64,000 bases of DNA from a virus, in the IMG/VR virus record IMGVR_UViG_3300031653_000001, positions 4,681-68,680 of that record, one strand, 5' to 3'. Below, one piece after another: positions 49,025 through 58,607 of this stretch (position 1 is its first letter; the number at the start of each line of letters is the position of its first letter). The position numbers and the translations under genes were made by a program. Under the pieces are notes generated by a model. That model was not told the origin of the DNA. It saw only the letters and a program-made list of their open reading frames with translations, and made no database searches.

Positions 49025-49522
49025 CTAAATTAAGTCTACAAACAATAAATCTTTTGGCAAATTAAATTTATAAGTGAACCAAGCTGTAGCAAACCATGAT
49101 CCGCTACCTTTACCACTTGGGGTTTCAAAGTTAATTCTTTTGTTTGGAATAATAATTTGTATTCCATATCTTCTATATAATATCCCCCTCCTCTTACCCT
49201 CTAAAGCGGTTATTGGCATTAAAAGGGCAAATGGTTTATTTATTTCGTAACACCTTGTTAAAAATTTATCTTTAATACTGTAAGGTGGATTAGTAATTAT
49301 ACAATCACACTCTTTATAATTTGTCAAAAAATCAAATTCTTTGTCAGATCCTATAACTTTGAATCCTTCTTTCTTTAAAAAATTGTACAGATTTCCTTTA
49401 CCCCATGCAGACTCCCATATAGTCCAATCTTTTTTAATATAAGGTAATAAAATATTAATAGCTTCTTTAGGTGTTTGATAATTATCAGGGCGACCTGATG
49501 ACTGTATTTTTAATTTTTTCAT
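49025..49522 (-). CDS. DNA N6-adenine methyltransferase
   Basis: YQTP, WESAWGKG, IITNPPYS, PFALLMP. Confidence 0.8.
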   Translation of the reverse strand: MKKLKIQSSGRPDNYQTPKEAINILLPYIKKDWTIWESAWGKGNLYNFLKKEGFKVIGSDKEFDFLTNYKECDCIITNPPYSIKDKFLTRCYEINKPFALLMPITALEGKRRGILYRRYGIQIIIPNKRINFETPSGKGSGSWFATAWFTYKFNLPKDLLFVDLI

Positions 49523-49773
49523 ATAGTCTTTTCTATACTATAAAACTTAATATATTTTACACTATATGGATTTCCAAAGCCTGATTTGTTCACTATAGTT
49601 TCTTTTTTCTTTTTGTCTTTCTTTATCATTTTTTTACCAAGCAATTTGCCCAAACAACCAACATACTTCTTTCCCAATTTTTCTTCTATTATTTTTATTG
49701 TAACATCTTCTTTAGATATTTTTATAAAATCATAAAGTTTCTGTTCATGTGGTGATAGTTCATTTATATTCAT
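49519..49773 (-). CDS. Small winged-helix-like protein
   Basis: LSPHEQKLYDFIK. Confidence 0.4.
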   Translation of the reverse strand: MNINELSPHEQKLYDFIKISKEDVTIKIIEEKLGKKYVGCLGKLLGKKMIKKDKKKKETIVNKSGFGNPYSVKYIKFYSIEKTI

Positions 49774-49782
49774 CTTAATCTC

Positions 49783-50499
49783 CTATTCAAAGTCTCGTCT
49801 TTTTATTTTGCCTAATATTCTCTTTTCTCTTGAAAGTTGTAGAGAATATTGTGGGCGCAAAATAAATCCTTCTAAAAACATATCATTTCCATTTTCTATG
49901 GCTACAACCGATTTAGGATATTTTTTAAACAACAAATAGTGTGCTTCCTCAAAAGTAGGGAAATTTTCTAAAATACACAATGTAGGTACAAACTGTAAAC
50001 CTAAAACCCTGCATAGAGTATCCCTATCTTTAGGAGAAAGCCATGTGTTATTTACTTTAATGTCAAAAACTATAAATCTTCTTTCCCCTTTAGGAAGATA
50101 GTTGGTAGCCTGTATTTTACTTCCAAAAGTCTCTCCCACTATTTTAATTGTAATATCTGGCTGTATTATTATAGAATCAGAATCATTAAGATATTTTATT
50201 TTATACCACTCTCTAATTTTGTCAAAATCAACAGTTTTTTGTATTGTTTCTTTTATATACATTATATCTTTATCTTTTATGTTATTTTTTCTACTATAAA
50301 AATTTATAAACTCTCCTCGTTCATTTTTAAGATAAGTAACTGATGAGTTACTTCCATCAATTTTTTCCTCAACTCTAATCTTTTTCATTAAAGATAATGC
50401 CTGAATTTCATATTGTTTATTAATCAATGGAATAACAAATCGTTTTTCATTCCCCACATCTCTTTGAAAAATTGTATAAATTTTTGAATAATAACTCAT
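49783..50499 (-). CDS. RNA ligase (Rnl2-like nucleotidyltransferase)
   Basis: EKIDGSN (motif I), GETFG, VFDI, EGFILR, KIK. Confidence 0.85.
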   Translation of the reverse strand: MSYYSKIYTIFQRDVGNEKRFVIPLINKQYEIQALSLMKKIRVEEKIDGSNSSVTYLKNERGEFINFYSRKNNIKDKDIMYIKETIQKTVDFDKIREWYKIKYLNDSDSIIIQPDITIKIVGETFGSKIQATNYLPKGERRFIVFDIKVNNTWLSPKDRDTLCRVLGLQFVPTLCILENFPTFEEAHYLLFKKYPKSVVAIENGNDMFLEGFILRPQYSLQLSREKRILGKIKRRDFE

Positions 50500-50500
50500 T

Positions 50501-50863
50501 TTATTTTTTTCCTTTCTTTATCTCTATGGTTGTTTTTTCTGATTCAATATCTAATAATTTTCTTAACTCTTCTAATTTTTCTTTGGTTACTCTTATAAAA
50601 TCCCATTTTTTTCTAACTGTGGAATATTTATTGTAATCGGCAAAAGCAAATCTAATTTCTTCTATAGCATAGGGTGTGTTGGCTTCGTCTGCATAAACCT
50701 CAACTCGACCAATATATGTATTATCCATTTGTTTTGGCCAAAATTCTTCTATAAAAGATAAAAAATATTTTCTACCAAAAGCTTCGTCAAAATTAGCGTT
50801 ATACTTTTTTGAACTATAAACTACACTAAATTTTTTATTTTCAAATTGTGGGTTTTTACTCAT
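50501..50863 (-). CDS. Hypothetical protein
   Basis: ORF in operon. Confidence 0.5.
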   Translation of the reverse strand: MSKNPQFENKKFSVVYSSKKYNANFDEAFGRKYFLSFIEEFWPKQMDNTYIGRVEVYADEANTPYAIEEIRFAFADYNKYSTVRKKWDFIRVTKEKLEELRKLLDIESEKTTIEIKKGKK

Positions 50864-51037
50864 TTTTGTAATTCCAAACTTTTTATTATTTTTTCTTTTT
50901 TTACTCGCCCTTTAGTTCTTTTTCTACTATTCTCTTAATAGCTTTCTTTTGGTCTATCCAACTTCTATCAAAATTTTTATCAAACCACTTATCAAACTTT
51001 TTCCAAATTTCATTCCAATTTAAAATTGATTTATTTT

Positions 51038-51319
51038 TCATAATTCTATATCCTCCTGTAGTTCTTTAATGTTTTCTTTTAAATAATTAGTAACTTTTTT
51101 ATAATTTTCGCCAATACTTTTATCGTCAAACCCTCTGTATCTACAGCGTGCAAAATAAACTTCTTTAATAGTTGTTATTTTATTATTCTTATCTTTGTTA
51201 TAAACAAATACAATTGCTCTGCCAAAAAGATGTAACATTCTATTAATAAACCATAATAAACCCGAATCTCTCATCTCTTGCCAACTACGTTTTTCAATCC
51301 ATTTAATTTCTTTTTTCAT
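51038..51319 (-). CDS. Conserved phage hypothetical protein
   Basis: SGLLWFINRMLHLFG...ARCRYRGF. Confidence 0.6.
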   Translation of the reverse strand: MKKEIKWIEKRSWQEMRDSGLLWFINRMLHLFGRAIVFVYNKDKNNKITTIKEVYFARCRYRGFDDKSIGENYKKVTNYLKENIKELQEDIEL

Positions 51320-52386
51320 TCTAATACTCCTTTTAATCGTTTATTTAATAAAAATTCTTTTAATAATCTTATACCATAATTTAAATCTCTTTCGTTTACT
51401 ACTTCTACCTCTGTGTGCATATTTCTTATCGGTGTAGCGACTATCAAAGCTCTTGTTGGCATATTGGTTACCATTGTCGCTATATAACCAATATTTCCAA
51501 TACTCGCCTGATATTGAATTTTAATTTTATTCTTTTTGGCAATACAACTTATAAGTTGTAAACTTTTTTTATCAATATCTACCCCTCTATATAATACAAT
51601 TCCTCTACCCAAGTCACAACGCCCCACAGTTTCTTCTAAATTTTCTCCATAGTCTGTCCCAAAAGTAACATCACATTCAATAAATAAATCAGGCTTATAT
51701 TTTCTTACTAATGGCCTTGCTTTCGTATTTGTTTCTTCTTGTGCTGAAAAGCTAAATATTAAATTAACCGGTGGTTTTTTTCTGCTTCTGACAATTTCTT
51801 TAATTGTTTGTAATAAAATATAACAACCTGTTTTATCATCTAAACTAATACCACCATAAAATTGTCCTAATTTTTTACTGTTAGATAATTCATAAAACGC
51901 TGGCTTGTAAATTAACGGGTCTCCAATTTTAACTTTATTTAGAACTGTTTTTTTTCCTCTAATACCTATATCAAATTGAGCTTCGCTGATTTTTTCTATT
52001 TTTTCGTTATCAGAATCATCAATTAAATGTATAGGTTTTCTATTTACAACAGCATTTATAATACCATTGTTAGTAAGAATACTAAACCTTCTTGCTGTTA
52101 CAATTTGACTTTCAACACCACCTATAGTTTGAACACTAATAATTCCATTTTTATCAACATTTGTAACGATAAAACCTACAGTGTCGGCATGTGCGTCAAT
52201 TATTATAGTTTTATCTGATATTCCATCAATAGAAGCAATTACATTATTTTGAAAATCAATTTTAACCTTTGACTTGGGCAAAAATTTAAGTAACTCAACC
52301 TTAATAAATTCCGCTATCTTTTCTTCAAACCCCGAAGGGCTGGGAATTTTAATTAAATTGTCTAATAATTTTATTTGGTTTTTCAT
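51316..52386 (-). CDS. M42-family metallopeptidase
   Basis: PSPSGFE, DAHADTVG, LDDKTG, AQEE, DVT, RNMHTEVE. Confidence 0.9.
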   Translation of the reverse strand: MKNQIKLLDNLIKIPSPSGFEEKIAEFIKVELLKFLPKSKVKIDFQNNVIASIDGISDKTIIIDAHADTVGFIVTNVDKNGIISVQTIGGVESQIVTARRFSILTNNGIINAVVNRKPIHLIDDSDNEKIEKISEAQFDIGIRGKKTVLNKVKIGDPLIYKPAFYELSNSKKLGQFYGGISLDDKTGCYILLQTIKEIVRSRKKPPVNLIFSFSAQEETNTKARPLVRKYKPDLFIECDVTFGTDYGENLEETVGRCDLGRGIVLYRGVDIDKKSLQLISCIAKKNKIKIQYQASIGNIGYIATMVTNMPTRALIVATPIRNMHTEVEVVNERDLNYGIRLLKEFLLNKRLKGVLE

Positions 52387-52395
52387 TCAATTTCT

Positions 52396-53010
52396 TTATA
52401 ATACTATATCGGCGTACTTTTTTAATTTTAAAACTTCTTGGTATTCTTTTTGTACAACTTTTTTCCTAAATTTATCGATCTCATTTTCTTTGTTTCTTCT
52501 CTTCCTAAATTTTAAAGTTTGTTCTGGTGTTCCTGTCAAATGAATCGCATAATCACTCAAGCCAAACTTTTTTAAATAATTAGCATACAACCCCTCTACT
52601 ATTAAATATTGTATACCTCTGCTATCTACTGTTTCCAGCATAAAAGAATTTGTATATTTATTTATTACCTGTAGTGATAACTTTTTTCCTTTTTTGAAAT
52701 TTTTTATAGCTGTTTTTACCAAGATCCAATTTATTTCTTTTGTACCTATTGTTTTCAATCCTTTTGTTTTTCTCTCATCATTTCTAAAGTTAAAATGCAA
52801 GGAATAACAATCATCCAAAGAAATTCCCAAACTTAGAATATTATTTTTATAAAGAACCTCCTGAATACAAATTTCTAATTCTGACTTCTTTGTTCCAGAT
52901 CCGCCCCCAATAGTTACAACACTTTTTGTGGGCAAAATAGTAATTTTGGACAAAAGTATCTTGGCTCTTTTTTTATCTTGGTTTGTAATAAAAACATAAT
53001 CTCCAATCAT
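52396..53010 (-). CDS. Uridine-kinase-like P-loop protein
   Basis: IGGGSGTKKS (degenerate Walker A), SLDDCY, LIVEGLY. Confidence 0.7.
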   Translation of the reverse strand: MIGDYVFITNQDKKRAKILLSKITILPTKSVVTIGGGSGTKKSELEICIQEVLYKNNILSLGISLDDCYSLHFNFRNDERKTKGLKTIGTKEINWILVKTAIKNFKKGKKLSLQVINKYTNSFMLETVDSRGIQYLIVEGLYANYLKKFGLSDYAIHLTGTPEQTLKFRKRRNKENEIDKFRKKVVQKEYQEVLKLKKYADIVL

Positions 53011-53222
53011 TGTTTTTGTCTTTTTATTAAAGTTAAATTATTAACATCAATTTCAACAATATCAATATCATTTGAACCTAGAGAAACCAAATCAAGCTTG
53101 ACAAAATAAGTAATTTTTGTACTATTTGAATAGATGTGCTTTTTTACCACAATTCCTGTAAATTCTTTGTAAAAGCCATCTTTAATTTTGACAACATCTA
53201 AAAAGAAAAACTCTTGTTTCAT
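53007..53222 (-). CDS. Small KOW/SH3-like protein
   Basis: DVVKIKDGFYKEFTGIV. Confidence 0.45.
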   Translation of the reverse strand: MKQEFFFLDVVKIKDGFYKEFTGIVVKKHIYSNSTKITYFVKLDLVSLGSNDIDIVEIDVNNLTLIKRQKQ

Positions 53223-53431
53223 TCTATAATGCCCCCTTTATCATTTAATTTATATATCTCGTATTGCCCATTCTTGATATACTTATAAATATATCTTTGC
53301 CCGCAATAACGACAAGAAAATTCAGTTTCTCCAAACGTAGTTATTGTAAAACTTCTACCACAATTAGCACAGACTACGTATAATTTTATTGAACTCATCT
53401 TATTTATTCTCTGTAATCTATCTACAACCAA
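53219..53431 (-). CDS. Small Zn-ribbon protein
   Basis: CANCG...CRYCG. Confidence 0.5.
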   Translation of the reverse strand: MVVDRLQRINKMSSIKLYVVCANCGRSFTITTFGETEFSCRYCGQRYIYKYIKNGQYEIYKLNDKGGIIE

Positions 53432-53462
53432 AACACATGAGTTTTATACATTATAGTTTCTA

Positions 53463-54299
53463 TCATTTAACATCCTTTAAAAAATTTTTAATGGCTTTCA
53501 AACTTACAGTGGCTGTTTCTATTATCATTCCTTTTTTATTCTTATCAATAAATGGATAATTCCAAAATGGAAAATCAATGACAGAAACAACTCCAACTAA
53601 TTCGCCATTTCTATTTATGAGAGAGCCACCACTATTGCCAAAATACGCCTTTACAGAAACAATATATTTGCTATGTAAATCTTCCTCAAATTTACCATAA
53701 GTAATTATATCATCTAATAAATGTGGGTTTCCGCAAATCCAAACCTCTTCTTTATATTTTGGTCGTTTTTTGGCAAGTTCTAGATATGGAATATCTATTT
53801 TTCTATTTATTATTTTTATTATTGCCAAATCAACATCCCTATCTATTTTTAATATTTTTGTTTCTTTATGTTTTGTGTTATCATTAACACCAAAATCATT
53901 GACAATAACTGTTATTAAATCTTTTTCGCTTTCAAATAAATGAGCACAGGTTAGAATATAACTTTCATTATTTATTTTGATGTGAGTTCCAGAACCAGTA
54001 TGGCCTCTTGTTAAATTTGTAATTCTAACATTTGCTTGTGTAATTTTCTTAATATCCAAACCATTGTAATATTTTTCTATTTTTTCAATTCTTTTCTCAA
54101 AACTTTTTTGTGTTCTTATACTTTGCTTTACTATATCAATTAATGTTTTTAAATACATTCTATTATTAGAGTTATATATTTCTATTATTGATTGTAGACT
54201 AGCAATTGTATTTGATGTTATTTTGTTTGCAGTAACATTCAAAGAAACTAATACCCCGATAAGTACTACAAAAAAAGTCCTTGAAATTTTATCAGACAT
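53463..54299 (-). CDS. Trypsin-like serine protease with N-terminal membrane anchor
   Basis: GSG, LTCAHL, DLAI, GNSGG. Confidence 0.9.
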   Translation of the reverse strand: MSDKISRTFFVVLIGVLVSLNVTANKITSNTIASLQSIIEIYNSNNRMYLKTLIDIVKQSIRTQKSFEKRIEKIEKYYNGLDIKKITQANVRITNLTRGHTGSGTHIKINNESYILTCAHLFESEKDLITVIVNDFGVNDNTKHKETKILKIDRDVDLAIIKIINRKIDIPYLELAKKRPKYKEEVWICGNPHLLDDIITYGKFEEDLHSKYIVSVKAYFGNSGGSLINRNGELVGVVSVIDFPFWNYPFIDKNKKGMIIETATVSLKAIKNFLKDVK

Positions 54300-54325
54300 T
54301 TTTACTCCTTTGTTTATCTACTTCT

Positions 54326-54356
54326 ATTATAACATATTTTATCCTGCGAAATCCAC
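54326..54356 (-). promoter_or_regulatory. Phage promoter TTCGCA-N13-TATAAT
   Basis: GTGGATTTCGCAGGATAAAATATGTTATAAT. Confidence 0.75.
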
Positions 54357-54357
54357 T

Positions 54358-54585
54358 TTAAATAGCTGTATTTGGACATATATTCACATTATTCTTTGTC
54401 TTTTTATTCAGAGCATGTAATAAATTCAATACTATTGTTTTGCGACAATACAGGCTTCTTAAATGTTCTTGTCTTGCTACTACAGACTCCACATATTCTT
54501 TTTCACCAATTTTAAATTTTAACTCAATGGTTAACATTTCGTCCATAATTATTCTCCTATGTTTAAAATAGGGTTTTTTGTTCAC
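54358..54585 (-). CDS. Hypothetical protein
   Basis: ORF in operon. Confidence 0.45.
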   Translation of the reverse strand: MNKKPYFKHRRIIMDEMLTIELKFKIGEKEYVESVVARQEHLRSLYCRKTIVLNLLHALNKKTKNNVNICPNTAI

Positions 54586-55597
54586 TCCAACCCATTACAT
54601 CAAATATTTTTTTGGCGGTATTATCAATATTGTTTTTAGTCATTTTATTCCAGTCAATTTTATCTCTATCAATCAAATGTTTTTTATCAATTGCAATTAC
54701 ACCACCATTTTTTAGATACACCCAATAAAATAACTCACCAAATCTTTTCTTTAGCTTGCTATTGTGTAAAGCTCTAACAAAAATGGGAAGTTTCTTTTTA
54801 AATTTTTTATCTCCTCTTATTAGAAACTCTTTATATTCTACATCTTTTAATTTCGCTGGAACCCCAATATCTAACAATGGGGCTGTTAAAAATCGCTCCT
54901 TTTCGCTACCAACCCATTTTTTTGTTTCTGAATAATTTATATCTTTAAATATTTTTTCTTTAATTAAAGTTTCCTGAAATTCTGCTTTAAATTTTGAGCT
55001 TGCCGCTGATTTCATTTCAAGCCCACGAACCTTATAAGTACCATCCGCATATTGTCCAATATAATGACAATTATCAACGTTAAGCATTTTAACAAAAGAT
55101 CTATCAGATTCAAAAATATTATCTTCTATAATTTTGCCATATTTTTCTTTAGCCCATTGTTTTGCCAATTTATTAAATTCATCAACCAAGTCTTTTTCTG
55201 CTTGATATGCAATGCCATCTGTATCAATAAAAACAACCTTAAATTCAATATGAGATTCTATATAATGAAGCATATCTCTAACTAAAAAAGTTATAGTTTT
55301 TGGTATTTTAATGTTATATAAACGAAATGTTTTGAACGCCATCACACCGAAGAGAGAATTATATATTGATTTTATGGATTTATATCTCATTGAAAGAGAG
55401 GGGTTTGTTTTCTTTTGTTCTTTAATATTGGCTTTGATTTTACCTATCTTGATTACCAATTTAGTTACAATACCTTCTCTTTGAGCAAAAGAAACCCCAT
55501 CTATTTCAACTCCTTTTTTATCTACATTCTCTGGAGTTAAGAAAAATAGATCAATCATTGTTGGGTATGCCGATACAATATCTGCAATATAAATCAT
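54563..55597 (-). CDS. polB: Family B DNA polymerase, polymerase half
   Basis: ADIVSAYP (motif A), KSIYNSLFG (motif B), IDTDG (motif C), VRGLE; ends QKTLF. Confidence 0.9.
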   Translation of the reverse strand: MIYIADIVSAYPTMIDLFFLTPENVDKKGVEIDGVSFAQREGIVTKLVIKIGKIKANIKEQKKTNPSLSMRYKSIKSIYNSLFGVMAFKTFRLYNIKIPKTITFLVRDMLHYIESHIEFKVVFIDTDGIAYQAEKDLVDEFNKLAKQWAKEKYGKIIEDNIFESDRSFVKMLNVDNCHYIGQYADGTYKVRGLEMKSAASSKFKAEFQETLIKEKIFKDINYSETKKWVGSEKERFLTAPLLDIGVPAKLKDVEYKEFLIRGDKKFKKKLPIFVRALHNSKLKKRFGELFYWVYLKNGGVIAIDKKHLIDRDKIDWNKMTKNNIDNTAKKIFDVMGWSEQKTLF

Positions 55598-56628
55598 TTG
55601 TAATATCCTGGGTTACTGGTGCGATATGCACCTTTAAATGTTTCTTTTATTTCTTTACCCCTGTTTGGTAAAACTATTCTATCTTCTTTGGCTTGCCGTA
55701 ATAGCATAATATCCATCATTCTACTATTATATAAAGTATTTCCCCAATCACATCTAACAAACCTTCTAATATCATCATAAAAATCTAACAAATGATGTTT
55801 TTGCTCAATTTTCGCCAAATCTTCAATATCTTCAATATTGTGTAATTTTAAATCCTCATTCACAATACTAAAATCCTCTATAGGATGTTTTTTGCCAGTG
55901 CCAAATTCGTATTCTAAAATATAATCCAATTTATATGATTTGCGACCATGTGGAAATATCTTTTTATACATTTCCATATAATCCAAAATTGATACCCCCG
56001 AAGGAACAAACAATTTATTCTGAAAATAAACTGAATTTATTGGACTAATAAAAGAAGAAAAATAACTTCTAAAATATTCGTTCCAGCGATTACATAAATA
56101 TTCCCAATCAAAATTAATATTCCAGCCCACAATTAAATCAAAATCCTCTCGCTTTAGGTATAATGCTAAATTTAACAGTAATTCTTTTTCGTTTTTATAA
56201 TTGGGCAAGAAAAAATTTATTTTATTCTTGTCAAAAGAATTATAGACTGTAACACAACTTACAGGATATTTAGCCTCTCCGGGCTTAGGAAAATCTTTTG
56301 CTTTAACTTCTATGTCCAAAAATGAATATTTGAACTCTGTTTTTTCTATAGAGTTTATTTTGTCAATAAAATATCGATTCCTATACAAAATATCTGATTC
56401 CCAACTATTTTTACTCTTTTGCTTTTTAATAATATTTGGCTCACTAACAAATACCTGTCTAAATGTTTTATTGCCATAAATACCTTTTAATGTTCCATTA
56501 TCTGAAGTTTCATAATAGTAAGGTAAAAAGTTATTGTCAATAGTATAGAATTTTTTGCGATTTTCTCGCTGAAATAAATATATTGTATGTGCTTTGTTTG
56601 CTAAATTTACAAGTTTCATTTTCCCCAA
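55594..56628 (-). CDS. polB: Family B DNA polymerase, N-terminal/3'-5' exonuclease half
   Basis: LDIEV (ExoI), GWNINFDWEYL (ExoII), YKLDYI, HNIED (ExoIII), FKGAY...PG. Confidence 0.9.
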   Translation of the reverse strand: MGKMKLVNLANKAHTIYLFQRENRKKFYTIDNNFLPYYYETSDNGTLKGIYGNKTFRQVFVSEPNIIKKQKSKNSWESDILYRNRYFIDKINSIEKTEFKYSFLDIEVKAKDFPKPGEAKYPVSCVTVYNSFDKNKINFFLPNYKNEKELLLNLALYLKREDFDLIVGWNINFDWEYLCNRWNEYFRSYFSSFISPINSVYFQNKLFVPSGVSILDYMEMYKKIFPHGRKSYKLDYILEYEFGTGKKHPIEDFSIVNEDLKLHNIEDIEDLAKIEQKHHLLDFYDDIRRFVRCDWGNTLYNSRMMDIMLLRQAKEDRIVLPNRGKEIKETFKGAYRTSNPGYYK

Positions 56629-56635
56629 AAATCAA

Positions 56636-56738
56636 ATTTAAGCCTATTTTAGCCTCATTAGCTAAAATACCACATCTACCCCCTAAACTATGCCCAAATC
56701 AGCTCGTATGGCGTTTAAATGATATTGTAGAGACCTAT
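56636..56738. repeat. Dispersed intergenic element copy B, upstream of polB
   Basis: Same 57-bp core as 40790-40846; preceded by 10-bp-periodic TTTAAGCC/TTTTAGCC. Confidence 0.75.
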
Positions 56739-56855
56739 CTAAATATTTTTCTCTTATTCCCTGATATATAATATATTAATGTGAGTAATAACGATATTCC
56801 TGTTGCTATTATTACTACTATTATTAACAAAAAATTTTTTATTTTTTTGAACATT

Positions 56856-57101
56856 TTAAATTTCATTTTCCATAGCAATTTGATATTTTTCCAAAAGAAT
56901 TTCTTTTGATTCTTTTAATATATTACCTGCTTTGGTTACAAAATCATCATAAGATTTTAGATTAGTTTTTATATACAAATAAACTATTAGGCTTGTAGTA
57001 GAGTCGATCAGAGAGTCTAATGTCTCTCCTGCTCGGCGTGAATCACTACACCCCGAAGCGACCAAATTCATTAATTTATTATCAAATTCTTCTCTGCTCA
57101 T
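56856..57101 (-). CDS. Hypothetical protein
   Basis: G-rich RBS. Confidence 0.5.
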   Translation of the reverse strand: MSREEFDNKLMNLVASGCSDSRRAGETLDSLIDSTTSLIVYLYIKTNLKSYDDFVTKAGNILKESKEILLEKYQIAMENEI

Positions 57102-57112
57102 AAAAACCCCCC

Positions 57113-57478
57113 TTAATATTTTTTTCTTGTTTTATATTTTATTTTTAACAATTCATGAGCATAACCTTGAGCATTAAAAAATATTGCGCAAAGTAGCTCT
57201 ATTTTAGTAAGTTTATGACCATCATCTATATCAAATTTTTCATAACCTCTATGTAAAAGCCACAAATCTAAAACATGTCGTAATAAAGATTTCATATATG
57301 TGGCAAAACTCATTCCTTTTTGCCAATTATCCGAATCTCGTTTTTTTCCGTCTGCTTGGAATTGATGTTTAAGCATATACTCGCCAAATGCTTCAATAAA
57401 TAGAGGGTTTATATACCCTTCATAATCTGGTTTATTTGTATCATCGTTCCTAGTCGCCCCCGATTTAAATGTCCTCAT
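57113..57478 (-). CDS. dATP/dGTP diphosphohydrolase-like (DUF5664) protein
   Basis: FKSGATR, DNWQKGM, SLLRH, AIFFN. Confidence 0.75.
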   Translation of the reverse strand: MRTFKSGATRNDDTNKPDYEGYINPLFIEAFGEYMLKHQFQADGKKRDSDNWQKGMSFATYMKSLLRHVLDLWLLHRGYEKFDIDDGHKLTKIELLCAIFFNAQGYAHELLKIKYKTRKKY

Positions 57479-57489
57479 TCTTCCCCCTT

Positions 57490-57966
57490 TTAGATTTTGT
57501 AAGTTTTTCTTAATATATTTTTTAATTGGTTTGGTGTTTTTATTCTTGCGTAAGGATTTTTAACATCCCTATTATAGAGATAATCAATTAAAATAATACT
57601 ACTATAATCATCAAACTTTGGATAATCTTCAATCACAAAAACGCTGTTGCGTATATAATTAATCTTTTCTTTAAATGTAGAGGTATAAATAACCTTAAAA
57701 TTTTTAAAGTGTGTGTTTAGCCAAATATCTGTATATTTTCTCCAAAACATTAATTGACAAGATAAAAATGTTATATCAGGAATATTGTCTCTGATAGTAG
57801 TGTAATATTTTGTAACTGGAGCAATAGATAGTAATTCAGGATTCTTTTTTATAATTCCAAAAATAGGATTACCATCATCCCATGTTTTTGTAGTACCTGG
57901 AACATAGTACATTAAATCCCGCACTACCTCATCTATATCTACCAATAAATTATACATTTTCAACAC
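57490..57966 (-). CDS. HAD-family 5'(3')-deoxyribonucleotidase-like protein
   Basis: VDIDEVVRD, WL..HF, IEDYP, YNR. Confidence 0.7.
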   Translation of the reverse strand: MLKMYNLLVDIDEVVRDLMYYVPGTTKTWDDGNPIFGIIKKNPELLSIAPVTKYYTTIRDNIPDITFLSCQLMFWRKYTDIWLNTHFKNFKVIYTSTFKEKINYIRNSVFVIEDYPKFDDYSSIILIDYLYNRDVKNPYARIKTPNQLKNILRKTYKI

Positions 57967-57972
57967 CCATTA

Positions 57973-58587
57973 TTATATTTTGTATTTTTCTTTTATGTGT
58001 TTAATACAATCATATATTTTATAAAATGTTATTATTTCCCCTTTATTGGAAATTTGGTTGCCAAATAATAAAGATGAGTTACATTCTGTTTTAGTGGTAT
58101 CTGGTAAAATCAAATATATTGGTATTCTGAATAAAAAAGCAATTACAATTTCAAATATTGTTCCTACTGTTTTTATATCTTTAGATATATAAACAATTAT
58201 AAAATCTGATCTAACTACAGCTTCAAAATCACCCCAGGATTGTATTTCTTCTCTATAATTTCCATCTATATATTTCCTCATTCTTAAATTTTGAAGAACT
58301 TGAATTAAATCTGAATTTTGTTGAATCTCTCCTAACCAAATTTTCCACATCTCTATAAAAAACAAATCCCAATGTCCTGCTCGTTTTAAATTAGTTATGT
58401 ATTCTACTGGCTCAATGGATGATTTTCCTATTTTATATGATTCTTGCAAAACTGGATTATAAATTAATAAATCTTGCGAATTTAATTTTTCAGTTATTTC
58501 TGTACGCCAATCTTTCATTTCACTTTTAGAAGCCGATTCTATTGCACCTGCTAAATAACTTGTATATTTTACTCTTTTTCTATTCAT
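57973..58587 (-). CDS. Nucleoside 2-deoxyribosyltransferase / dNMP N-glycosidase family
   Basis: YLAGAI, YNP, D..AVVRSDFII, GTIFEI..A...IPIY. Confidence 0.8.
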   Translation of the reverse strand: MNRKRVKYTSYLAGAIESASKSEMKDWRTEITEKLNSQDLLIYNPVLQESYKIGKSSIEPVEYITNLKRAGHWDLFFIEMWKIWLGEIQQNSDLIQVLQNLRMRKYIDGNYREEIQSWGDFEAVVRSDFIIVYISKDIKTVGTIFEIVIAFLFRIPIYLILPDTTKTECNSSLLFGNQISNKGEIITFYKIYDCIKHIKEKYKI

Positions 58588-58607
58588 TAAATATCCCAGT
58601 TAAATTT

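Noticed and set aside
55590-55600. Stop-codon reassignment to explain the split polB
   Set aside because: The halves are in different frames, and standard-code ORFs tile the rest of the window well
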